NCBI GenBank assembly: GCA_031257295.1
Contig: JAIROX010000006.1
Span: forward strand, 15,392-79,391
Direction of reading: 5' to 3'
Source of the DNA: Candidatus Nomurabacteria bacterium
GTDB lineage: Bacteria > Patescibacteriota > Saccharimonadia > Saccharimonadales > Saccharimonadaceae
DNA: 64,000 nt
A program made the position numbers and the translations under genes. Within the stretch, counting starts at the first letter, position 1. Every line of letters begins with the position of its first letter. Shown here piece by piece: positions 57,501 through 64,000 of this stretch. The notes beneath the pieces are model-generated. The model was given only the letters and a program-made list of their open reading frames with translations. It was not told the DNA's origin and ran no database searches.

Positions 57501-57808
57501 AGAAAAACGGCAAATTGCACAAATATTCCCAGCAATTGATGTTCTATAAGTTGCTAGTAGAAAATTCATCAGAATTCGCCGGTTACACTGTAGATAGAGG
57601 AGTTTTGCAGTTTGTCGAACCTCTCGACGGCCAGATAGTCAACCTCGAGACAGACTATTCAGACGAAGAAGCACTAGAGCGCTTTGGTTACCTGGTAAAA
57701 GCTGTCTGGCGTGACATCCAGGCGCTTAACCTTCCAGATACCAGCACCTACACCAAAGATATGTTTGGCACCATGAATTTCGAGAACTTCTTGATAAGAC
57801 AGTTCTAG
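54593..57808 (+). CDS. UvrD/PcrA-type SF1 helicase fused to a C-terminal PD-(D/E)XK (RecB-like) nuclease
   Basis: Walker A AGPGTGKT, DExx as VDEFQDTN, and later SF1 motifs (YRS, SAHGAKGLEF, LLYVAITRAR). The C-terminus has GTVDMLV...IYDYKTGKP...QLMFYKLL, which is a PD-(D/E)XK pattern. TGgTACAAT (54578-54586) lies 6 nt upstream of the ATG. Confidence 0.88.
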   Translation: MFEEKYRQLNDAQKAAVDKVDGPLMVVAGPGTGKTQLLSMRVANILRQTDMHPGNILCLTFTDAASTNMTERMANGLFGADAYKVPVFTFHAFCQHVIDRYPEYFFNGAIYHAADEITQAEIVADILRKLPHTNRLSSFYGDEFLYLNAAINAISDIKRAGLVPKDVEKVLAQNEHFIRFANQFLTHFFVPVAPRKQQDIQKYLKHFKQAQHELKRYVELARPDPVPPLSHIIITAMQHAIDETERAQVLTTKFITDFRKRFLEKDARGKHVLIDSRRSERTSELVEVYNKYLDEMGKRKLFDFDDMILRVVLALKLFPQLKFNLQEQFQYILVDEFQDTNDAQMQILRHLTDYDKAPNIMVVGDFKQAIYRFQGAEVANIEKFAKQFGDELTTIELEENYRSTDKILRVADKVISQSGKQVFFDQFKQKLHANSNDPTTVEEVLAQDWSSELSWVAGKIAGLLEAGAKPEEIAVIAKKHKHLADLVPFLQQKGVSVQYDREQDTLSSPPVEQLLLMARACVFIARQEFAKANELIPRILAHPAWGISSKELWQLSIEAQYQNWLTTMLDQDIKLADISAQIIALAKDTQNTTFEESLDLVFEPYKKYYFSPEKLEEDPETYLDFLSDLTTIRQLAREYKGKENLKLADFIDLVDTYKKVGREIKTVRRYRSGSRVQLLSAHGAKGLEFDTVFIINGTRDVWCKGFGGGRNNIKFPSNMPLSTDDSEDEQVRLLYVAITRARNNLFISTHKFNESCKEVLPCSYITGANIKRVELPLGSTCSLIEDTKTRWYTSLTKVDSDLKDILSSTLDSYRLSATHLNTFIDLEYGGPEAFLMNILLKFPSAKWANASYGTAVHSTIKQIHTEYATKKRLRSISEVLKDFETELKKEHLGDIDFKYYLKKGHDSLKVFVKQFKFEPEQIAERSFKTDNVVWQGVRLSGTVDMLVKNEKLKTITIYDYKTGKPYANWEKNGKLHKYSQQLMFYKLLVENSSEFAGYTVDRGVLQFVEPLDGQIVNLETDYSDEEALERFGYLVKAVWRDIQALNLPDTSTYTKDMFGTMNFENFLIRQF

Positions 57809-57812
57809 ATAG

Positions 57813-57841
57813 TTGACTTTTTATACCGAAAAGAGTATAAT
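57813..57841 (+). promoter_or_regulatory. consensus promoter of a small-protein operon
   Basis: TTGACT (57813-57818), 17-nt spacer, TATAAT (57836-57841). The track ORF 57813..58097 uses the -35 TTG as its start, which is implausible. Confidence 0.7.
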
Positions 57842-57905
57842 AAGAGAAGTCTGTCCGAATAGCCAATCTGGGCTAAACGGCATGGAAGTACTCGGGAGGC
57901 ACAAT

Positions 57906-58097
57906 ATGATCAACTTTTTTCAATCAGTTATTACGTTCTTAGAACTATGCTTTGTGGCGGTTTTGATCCTGATATTAAGGAGCGGCAACAGCCATGTAAG
58001 CCTTGAGATAGTCGAAGAGCTTTTTGACAGAAAGTCTTCGAATGAAATACCCGCTATATGCGGGCTCGCAGGCGAGCGGCCTACGATCAGAATGTAA
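57906..58097 (+). CDS. 63-aa small membrane protein
   Basis: GGGAGG (57894-57899) lies 6 nt before ATG 57906. The product is MINFFQSVITFLELCFVAVLILILRSGNSH..., one TM helix plus a charged tail. Confidence 0.6.
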   Translation: MINFFQSVITFLELCFVAVLILILRSGNSHVSLEIVEELFDRKSSNEIPAICGLAGERPTIRM

Positions 58098-58110
58098 GGA
58101 GGTGAGATGA

Positions 58111-58257
58111 TTGAGCCAACCATGGAAATGTCCGAGCTGCGGGAAGAGGGCGGAATACGAAATCCAATTCAACCCGAACACGGGGAAAATGGTATGTCGC
58201 AAATGCGGCGCGACCGTCCTCATCAAGGGCGATGACGGCGGATACCGTCCGCAGTAG
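58111..58257 (+). CDS. 48-aa zinc-ribbon protein (TTG start), not in ORF track
   Basis: AAGGAGG (58096-58102) lies 8 nt before TTG 58111. The product is (M)SQPWKCPSCGKRAEYEIQFNPNTGKMVCRKCGATVLIKGDDGGYRPQ, with paired CxxC motifs. A TGA immediately upstream in frame excludes an earlier start. Confidence 0.6.
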   Translation: MSQPWKCPSCGKRAEYEIQFNPNTGKMVCRKCGATVLIKGDDGGYRPQ

Positions 58258-58275
58258 CTCAACTAAGCTAGCTTA

Positions 58276-58316
58276 GTTCTTGAAATCATTGATTTCAAGA
58301 ACGGCCGGCTTTTTTA
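58276..58316 (+). terminator. Rho-independent terminator of the small-protein operon
   Basis: Perfect 12-bp stem GTTCTTGAAATC (58276-58287)/GATTTCAAGAAC (58291-58302), then GGCCGGC and T6 (58310-58315). Confidence 0.85.
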
Positions 58317-58346
58317 TTTGATATTATACGTAGTATAATTTTTAAC

Positions 58347-59318
58347 ATGACCATCTGGGAAGAATTAACCAGCAAAAAGCCGTTTTTTGCCTTGGCACCA
58401 ATGGAAGACGTAACCGACACGGCGTTTCGCCAGGTGATTTTACGCGCCGCCCGGCCAGATGTATTTTTCACCGAATTTATGAATGTAAATGGCTTTTGCC
58501 ACCCTGCCGGCCGCACTAATGTAGCCCGGCGCTTAAAATACCAACCATCCGAGCAACCAATCATAGCCCAAGTCTGGGGCAGCGACCCGGAAAAATTCAC
58601 CGAAACCGCCACAGAGCTCGCAAAAATGGGCTTCGCCGGCATCGATATCAACATGGGTTGCCCCGACAAAGCTGTAGTTCGTGCCGGCGGTGGCTCAGCG
58701 CTTATCAAAAACCCGGCTCTAGCCGCCGATATAATCGCCGCTATTAAAGCCAGCTGTAGCCAACCCATATCAGTTAAAACCCGCCTAGGCTACAGCAGCA
58801 TAGACGAATGGCAAGCTTGGCCGAGCCACCTGCTGCAGCAAGACTTGGCCTGCCTCACCGTCCACCTGCGTACTAAAAAAGAGATGAGCAAAGTACCAGC
58901 CCACCACGAGCTTATCCCCGAGATTATAAAACTGCGCGACGAGCTAGCACCTGAGACTAAGCTGGTGATAAACGGCGACATTGCCGACCGCGCAGCCGGC
59001 AACGAACTGGCGCACAAGCACCCCGGCATCGACGGCATCATGATCGGCCGTGGCGTGTTCGCCAATCCATTCTGCTTTGAGCAAACCCCACAGCATCACA
59101 GCAGAGAAGAATTAATTGACCTACTGGTCTATCATCTGGACAAGTTTGACGAGGAGAAGTGTCGTGCGGCATCGCCAAAATTCGACCCGCTCAAACGTTT
59201 TTTCAAGATCTACATCAACAATTTCCCAGGCGCCAGCGACCTACGTGCCAAACTAATGCAAGCCAAAAACACCACAGAAGTGCGTGATATACTAGACACA
59301 TGGATAAACCAAAAGTAA
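58347..59318 (+). CDS. tRNA-dihydrouridine synthase
   Basis: LAPMEDVTDTAFR, GIDINMGCP and the catalytic-Cys region, plus VHLRT and GRG. TATAAT (58334-58339) lies 7 nt upstream of the ATG. Confidence 0.9.
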   Translation: MTIWEELTSKKPFFALAPMEDVTDTAFRQVILRAARPDVFFTEFMNVNGFCHPAGRTNVARRLKYQPSEQPIIAQVWGSDPEKFTETATELAKMGFAGIDINMGCPDKAVVRAGGGSALIKNPALAADIIAAIKASCSQPISVKTRLGYSSIDEWQAWPSHLLQQDLACLTVHLRTKKEMSKVPAHHELIPEIIKLRDELAPETKLVINGDIADRAAGNELAHKHPGIDGIMIGRGVFANPFCFEQTPQHHSREELIDLLVYHLDKFDEEKCRAASPKFDPLKRFFKIYINNFPGASDLRAKLMQAKNTTEVRDILDTWINQK

Positions 59319-59560
59319 TCGTTTACGGCACCGACTGGTGTAGTTATTGCCACAGCTTGATGGACTGGCTCGACCAACTCGGCGTGGCTTATGAACATAT
59401 CGACGTGGAGGCTGACGCCGAGGCTAAGGCTGAAATGCTAGCCAAAAACGGCGGCGAATTCTTAGTGCCCGTCACCGTGATCGGCAGTGACACGGTAGCC
59501 GGTTTTGACCGGCCAGCTGTTAAAAAAGCTCTGGACAAGCATGGCATCAAGCACGCCTAA
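59300..59560 (+). CDS. glutaredoxin/NrdH-like small redoxin
   Basis: 86 aa with VIVYGTDWCSYCHSL (CxxC) and a thioredoxin-fold pattern ending in VPVTVIG. Confidence 0.85.
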   Translation: MDKPKVIVYGTDWCSYCHSLMDWLDQLGVAYEHIDVEADAEAKAEMLAKNGGEFLVPVTVIGSDTVAGFDRPAVKKALDKHGIKHA

Positions 59561-60395
59561 ACTAACCCGCCGGTTATATAACCAAAACGAGATTTCGATC
59601 TGTTATTTCACCACAAAAGTGTACAAAAATCGGCCAAGCCTGGTAATGGTGCACGGCTTTCGCGGCGACCACCGCGGCATGCTTAAGATAGCCGCCGAAC
59701 TGGGTGACAGCTATAACTTATTCATCCCAGACTTACCGGGTTTTGGTGCCAGCCAACCATTCACCAGCCATCGCCACGACGTGCAAGCTTACGCTAACTT
59801 TTTACACGACTTTATCAAAAAGCTAGAACTCAAAAAGCCCAACATTCTAGCGCACTCATTCGGCACCACTATCGCCAGTGCTTTTGCCACCGAACATCCC
59901 GAAGCCATCAATAAACTGGTGCTACTTAGCCCAATCGCCGCCAACCCAGTGCCCAAAGCCTTGAACTTTTTGACCCAGCCCGCCATGAGCCTGCTACACG
60001 CCCTGCCCGAAAAGCTCGGCCGCGCCCTTACCGCCACCAACCTAGTTACCGACATCATGAGCCTGAGCACCACCAAAACTAAAGACAAGCAGCTACGTCG
60101 CTGGATCAAAGTCGAGCACCGTCGCTATTTCAACAGCTTCGCCACGCACCGTTCAATGATGGAAGCCATGCAGGCCAGCAGCTCCCACCACGTGGCTATG
60201 TATGCTAAGCAGGTCACCACCCCAACACTTATCATAGCGGGAGATAAAGACGGCGTCGGCAAATTCAAACACCAAAAAAACCTGGCCAAGCTATCCACTA
60301 GCGCCCAACTAAAGGTCATCAGCGGAGTAGGGCACCTAACGCACTACGAAACACCAAAAGAAGTCGCTGCAGCGACCAAAGAATTCCTAGATTAG
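59541..60395 (+). CDS. alpha/beta hydrolase
   Basis: HGFRGD oxyanion region, nucleophile elbow AHSFGT and a C-terminal GVGH. ATG 59541 is preferred over the track's TTG at 59505; the start is uncertain. Confidence 0.8.
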   Translation: MASSTPKLTRRLYNQNEISICYFTTKVYKNRPSLVMVHGFRGDHRGMLKIAAELGDSYNLFIPDLPGFGASQPFTSHRHDVQAYANFLHDFIKKLELKKPNILAHSFGTTIASAFATEHPEAINKLVLLSPIAANPVPKALNFLTQPAMSLLHALPEKLGRALTATNLVTDIMSLSTTKTKDKQLRRWIKVEHRRYFNSFATHRSMMEAMQASSSHHVAMYAKQVTTPTLIIAGDKDGVGKFKHQKNLAKLSTSAQLKVISGVGHLTHYETPKEVAAATKEFLD

Positions 60396-61657
60396 TAGCG
60401 CGGCTTATAGTTCTTGATAGCTTTTTTGTAGATCTCTTCAAACCTCTTCAGCGTATAGTCTATGTCGTGCGTTTTGGCGATTTTTAGGCTTTCAGCTGCA
60501 AACTTATCACGCAGCTTGCCGTCAATTAAGATCTTTTCTAAGCCCACTGCAACTTGGTCGACATTGTCTTTTTCGCACAGGAATCCATTGCGACCATCTT
60601 GGCAAAGCTCTTTAACCGCTCCAGCATCCACCGCCACCACTGGCTGGCCGCTAGCCATAGCCTCAAGCGTAGCGATGCTCTGCAGCTCAACAGGGGACGG
60701 CATGCAATAAACCTGGCCAATGCGCAGCAGCTCAAGCTTATCTTTGTCCGACACACGGCCGGTTAGCGTAACATGTTTTGCTACGCCTAACTCTTCGGCC
60801 AGCTCCTGCAAGTTCGCTTCATCCGTGCCAGCGCCAACAATCAACAGGTGAGCGCCTGTGCCTCTTTGAATCCGCGCAAAAGCCTCCACTAGCACTGAAA
60901 TATGCTTTTCAGCATCAACTCGGCCCAAGTAGGTGACAATCGGTTGGTCTGCCGACAAGCCAAACTTTTTGTACACACTAGCCGGCACCTTACCAGGTGA
61001 ATAGCGCGACAAGTCAATACCATTGCTAACAGCTTCAACTGGCATGGGCAGATACTTTAGATCCTCTTTAGTGAAAAACATGTCAATAGCCACCTGAGTA
61101 GGCATAGTTACATAGTCGGCCTTGTCGACCACGCGCGAAAACCAGCGAATCGCTCGGCTGATCGGCCTGCTGAGCGGCGCGAACATCTTCAGGTTATCCA
61201 CCAAGTTTTCTGGCAACACGTGGTTGGTTTCAACAAACGGGATACCCGTGCGATTAGCGTAGCGTAAAGCTTCTTGACCGATCATGATTGGGTTATGGTT
61301 GTGAATCACATCAGGCTCGAAATCGTTCAACGCCTGGCGAATTTCACGCCGCGGCGTTAGACAAATCCTAAAGCCATTCTTGGGGTAAATTGGCACATTT
61401 GGCATGTTCACACCCGCCAGTTCCCGTGGCTCGCGGATATCGTCAATTTGATTGTGGTAAAACGGAAACACCACCGACTTAAGCCGCACAATGTTGGTTT
61501 TACCGTCTTTTTCAATATAATGCACGCCAGTTTGACTCGGTGCCAGCACCAGCACCTTATGGCCACGCTCGGCTAGGCCCAGCGCAAGTTCATGGCTCGC
61601 CGTAGATACGCCATTAACTGTTGGCCAGTAGAGGTCAGATGAAATAGCTATTTTCAT
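60392..61657 (-). CDS. GT4-family (GT-B) glycosyltransferase
   Basis: N-terminal MKIAISSDLYWPTVNGVS. The C-terminal half has the E-x7-E-like region SPVELQSIATLEAMASGQPVVAV. TGtTATAAT (61672-61664, minus strand) lies 6 nt upstream of the ATG. Confidence 0.88.
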   Translation of the reverse strand: MKIAISSDLYWPTVNGVSTASHELALGLAERGHKVLVLAPSQTGVHYIEKDGKTNIVRLKSVVFPFYHNQIDDIREPRELAGVNMPNVPIYPKNGFRICLTPRREIRQALNDFEPDVIHNHNPIMIGQEALRYANRTGIPFVETNHVLPENLVDNLKMFAPLSRPISRAIRWFSRVVDKADYVTMPTQVAIDMFFTKEDLKYLPMPVEAVSNGIDLSRYSPGKVPASVYKKFGLSADQPIVTYLGRVDAEKHISVLVEAFARIQRGTGAHLLIVGAGTDEANLQELAEELGVAKHVTLTGRVSDKDKLELLRIGQVYCMPSPVELQSIATLEAMASGQPVVAVDAGAVKELCQDGRNGFLCEKDNVDQVAVGLEKILIDGKLRDKFAAESLKIAKTHDIDYTLKRFEEIYKKAIKNYKPRY

Positions 61658-61756
61658 GTTATCATTATAACATGACGAGCTCGAGTGAAATGAGAACTGG
61701 TTCTCATTTCTGAGGCGAGGAAGTGTTACATTAAAGCGTAGTTTTATTATACTATA

Positions 61757-61789
61757 ATGAGGTTTTTCTTCGACGCCAGATTTATCTAA
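61757..61789 (+). pseudogene. 10-codon relic of a glycosyltransferase 5' end (MRFFFDARFI-stop)
   Basis: 25 of 30 nt are identical to the first 30 nt of the GT4 gene at 62557 (MRLFFDARFI). This includes an exact 15-mer, GACGCCAGATTTATC, at 61772-61786 and 62572-62586. The relic ends in TAA at 61787-61789. Confidence 0.6.
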
Positions 61790-61801
61790 ATACCAATTTT
61801 C

Positions 61802-62449
61802 TTAAAGCTGATTTACACTAAATACGCCACTTGTGTCCACGTCCACACTCTTAGGATCGCCTTTATAGTGAATACTGCCCGCTCCTGAGGCGTCACCTGA
61901 CAAAGCTTCTGTCACCCAGATTTTCGCGTTTGCCGAACCAGAAAAGTTCACGATGACATTCTTGACCTGATATTTTTGGGCGTCAATGCTACACGAGCCC
62001 GAGGCCGCCAGCTTCAGCTCCAACGCGCTGCCCTCGTCAAACGTCACATTTGCAGCACCACTTATGTCAAGAGAAGATATTTCGGGCATGGTAATGTCGA
62101 CTACTAGCTTTGTCGACATGATAGGTTTGAAATTTGTGTCGATAAAACTAATGCTCAGCACACTGTCGGACACCTCGACTTTGATGTGCTTTTGGAGGTT
62201 GCCGTCGGTTGTCACCGAGACGCCATTGCTTTTCCCAAAATGGATATTCGCCGTATAGTCCCCACTCAGCTCAATCGCGCTAAATACCTCAACCTTTCGC
62301 TCTTGAGTCACCACCTTGCCGTCACCGCGGATACTGCCGAAGGCGAAGAAATAGGCAGCTCCTAGCGCAAGGCACAGGGCAACAATGCCACCAATAATCC
62401 CCGCTTTACTTAATTTTCCTAATTTGCGTTTTTGTACTTTTTCATTCAT
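61802..62449 (-). CDS. membrane-anchored GIN-domain (DUF2807) putative adhesin
   Basis: N-terminal TM anchor, then repetitive beta-strand units (ISGAANVTF, ASGSCSID, FSGSANAKIW, ASGAGSIHYKGDP) typical of head-domain (GIN) beta-helix proteins. Confidence 0.8.
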   Translation of the reverse strand: MNEKVQKRKLGKLSKAGIIGGIVALCLALGAAYFFAFGSIRGDGKVVTQERKVEVFSAIELSGDYTANIHFGKSNGVSVTTDGNLQKHIKVEVSDSVLSISFIDTNFKPIMSTKLVVDITMPEISSLDISGAANVTFDEGSALELKLAASGSCSIDAQKYQVKNVIVNFSGSANAKIWVTEALSGDASGAGSIHYKGDPKSVDVDTSGVFSVNQL

Positions 62450-62497
62450 CGTGACATGACCCCTCTGCTTTACTTTTTGTTATTAACGTACACAGGT

Positions 62498-62527
62498 ATT
62501 TTACCCCCCCCCGGTTGGAGAATGCAA
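62498..62527 (-). promoter_or_regulatory. Sigma70-type promoter whose spacer contains a G9 homopolymer (minus strand)
   Basis: On the minus strand: TTGCAT (62527-62522), an 18-nt spacer whose last 9 nt are G (C9 on the plus strand, 62504-62512), then TAAAAT (62503-62498). This is the same layout as the promoter at 1520-1550. Confidence 0.6.
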
Positions 62528-62556
62528 GCTACCTTATTATCTGATATACTGGCACC

Positions 62557-63642
62557 ATGCGATTGTTTTTTGACGCCAGATTTATCCGCACCGACCGACA
62601 TGACGGTATTAGCCGGTACTCTTTTGAGCTGGCGCAGCGGGTGAGCGACCATCATGATGATGTGACTTATATTATCCATGGTGAAAAGCAGCGTAACTTT
62701 TTACCCAGTGGCGCTAAAACTATCATTCTTAATAACCCCGAATCAGTGCGCGAAGCTTGGTCGGGACGGGCACTGGCCAAGCATCAGCCAGATGTGGTGT
62801 TTTCGCCCATGCAAACTTTGCGAGGCCACAGGTCGTACAAGCTAGTTCTAACCCTGCACGACACCATTTACTATCGCCACAAAACCCCACCGGCCAACCA
62901 TCCAGCCTGGGTGCGCCTGGGGTGGCGGTTATTTCACGCCACGCCACTACCACAACGAATGGCACTAAATTCTGCCGACCACGTAGTGACAGTTAGCCAT
63001 AAGAGTAAGCATGAGATTGAAGATATGCGGCTAACCAAGCGGCCGGTTAGTGTAGCCTACAATGCGCCGGGCGACCTGTCACGGTACCTCAACGACCCCG
63101 TAGCCACCACTAGCGTGGACAACCTAGTTTACATGGGTTCGTTCGTGCCCTATAAAAACGTTGAGACCTTAGTGCGTGCAATGAGGTACTTGCCCGGCAA
63201 AACTTTGCACCTACTTAGCAAAATCACCCCTGAGCAGAGGAAAAACATTGAACAACTTTTTGATACAACCTATGGAAAAGTCATATTTCATGGCGGTGTC
63301 AGCGACCAAAAATATGCCGAGCTTTTGGCCAACAACGCCGCGCTAGTTTCGGCCAGTAAAGATGAGGGCTTCGGCCTACCACTAGTGGAAGCTATGAGCC
63401 TGGGCGTGCCAGTAGTAGCTAGTGACGAGCCGGCTCACCGCGAAGTAGCAGGTGATGCCGCCTTGTATTTTAAAACCACCAGCGCCCGCGACCTAGCCGA
63501 TAAAGTCAAGCAGATCGAGGACGATAAACTACGCGCCGAACTGATCAAAAAAGGCAAAAAACAAGCCGCTAAGTTTAACTGGGATGACAGCGCCAAAACC
63601 ATAGTTAAGATAGCCAAGGAGTTGCATCGTGGCAAAGAATAA
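62557..63642 (+). CDS. GT4-family glycosyltransferase
   Basis: N-terminal MRLFFDARFIRTDRHDGISRYS and C-terminal EGFGLPLVEAMSLGVPVVAS. TGaTATACT (62542-62550) lies 6 nt upstream of the ATG. Confidence 0.9.
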   Translation: MRLFFDARFIRTDRHDGISRYSFELAQRVSDHHDDVTYIIHGEKQRNFLPSGAKTIILNNPESVREAWSGRALAKHQPDVVFSPMQTLRGHRSYKLVLTLHDTIYYRHKTPPANHPAWVRLGWRLFHATPLPQRMALNSADHVVTVSHKSKHEIEDMRLTKRPVSVAYNAPGDLSRYLNDPVATTSVDNLVYMGSFVPYKNVETLVRAMRYLPGKTLHLLSKITPEQRKNIEQLFDTTYGKVIFHGGVSDQKYAELLANNAALVSASKDEGFGLPLVEAMSLGVPVVASDEPAHREVAGDAALYFKTTSARDLADKVKQIEDDKLRAELIKKGKKQAAKFNWDDSAKTIVKIAKELHRGKE

Positions 63643-64000
63643 ACCCAAGCCTAAAAACCGCGCGGTGATTGTAAACCGCCGGGCTCGCTACGATTACAAC
63701 CTGGGCGAAGAACTAACCGTAGGTATGAGCCTGAATGGCAAGCAGGTGCGCGCCGCCCGTGATGGCCTGGTGCAGCTAAAGGGTAGTTACGTTACAGTGC
63801 GAGCAGGTGAGCTGTGGCTGAGTAATTCTAGCTGGACACTTAAGCTGAACCAACGCGGCGGGGAAGAAAAAGCTGTTGATACCGAACCAGTTAAGCTGCT
63901 GGCTACCCGCAAGCAGATCATGGGGCTGATGCAAGCTAGGCAAGACGGTAACACCATTGCCGCATTGCGCTTGCATGTGGCCGGGCAGTTTATTAAGCTC
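63629..64000 (+). CDS. smpB: SsrA-binding protein SmpB, N-terminal ~124 codons (runs off window end)
   Basis: AAGGAG (63616-63621) lies 7 nt before GTG 63629. The product is VAKNKPKPKNRAVIVNRRARYDYNLGEELTVGMSLNGKQVRAARDG...VKLLATRKQI. It overlaps the GT4 stop and is not in the ORF track because there is no stop in the window. Confidence 0.85.
   Translation, partial: MAKNKPKPKNRAVIVNRRARYDYNLGEELTVGMSLNGKQVRAARDGLVQLKGSYVTVRAGELWLSNSSWTLKLNQRGGEEKAVDTEPVKLLATRKQIMGLMQARQDGNTIAALRLHVAGQFIKL

Noticed and set aside
58107-58235. ATG-initiated 42-codon frame (MIEPTMEMSELREEGG...) as the second gene of the small operon
   Set aside because: The SD spacing is only 4 nt, and the product is featureless. 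The overlapping TTG frame yields paired CxxC zinc-ribbon motifs, which are unlikely to arise in a wrong frame.
57975-58768. Minus-strand ORFs 57975-58262 and 58295-58768
   Set aside because: They are antisense to the small-protein operon with its terminator and to the well-supported dus gene. Their products are compositionally odd (Ser/Pro/Arg-rich), and they have no expression signals.

Overview
Gene-dense bacterial chromosome using the standard genetic code: TGA terminates conserved genes, e.g. pgsA at 15090-15092. There are about 70 protein genes, one tRNA-Gln, and no rRNA, CRISPR array, transposase or integrase. The content is mostly housekeeping: rplA, rplJ-rplL, dnaX-dnaB, ybaB-recR, pgsA, cysS, tgt, queA, ung, typA, nrdDG, a NifS/NifU-type Fe-S module, dus and smpB. 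Anaerobe-type functions are present (desulfoferrodoxin, flavodoxin, class III RNR, nitroreductase). There are also several exporters (two MacB/FtsX pairs, one ABC-2 pair, a P-type ATPase), lipid-salvage-type enzymes and several large surface proteins. By inference only, the reduced, fermentative or parasitic-looking gene set plus sortase-type surface proteins suggests a Patescibacteria/CPR organism, possibly Saccharibacteria-like. All functional calls rest on motifs read from the supplied translations; no searches were run. The main observations are listed below. (1) Two surface-protein genes share one promoter design, TTGC[GA]T-N9-poly(G)9-10-TA[TA]AAT, which looks like slipped-strand phase-variation switches. 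One of them sits in a cassette flanked by a duplicated glycosyltransferase 5' end. (2) A stand-alone transcription unit of about 325 nt (28194-28555) has a consensus promoter, a strong terminator, a 15-codon ORF and mutually exclusive helices. It is a candidate novel structured RNA. (3) A two-gene small-protein operon (57813-58316) is mis-called or absent in the ORF track and includes a TTG-initiated zinc-ribbon protein. (4) Many genes look leaderless, with an extended -10 element 6-8 nt upstream of the start codon. (5) A near-perfect promoter plus SD has no ORF and fires antisense into perM. (6) The rplA/rplJL block is interrupted by a 3.2-kb adhesin gene. (7) A lipid-scavenging-like cluster contains a tandem-domain acyltransferase. 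(8) A surface protein combines cutinase, vWA-like, PKD and FN3 domains.
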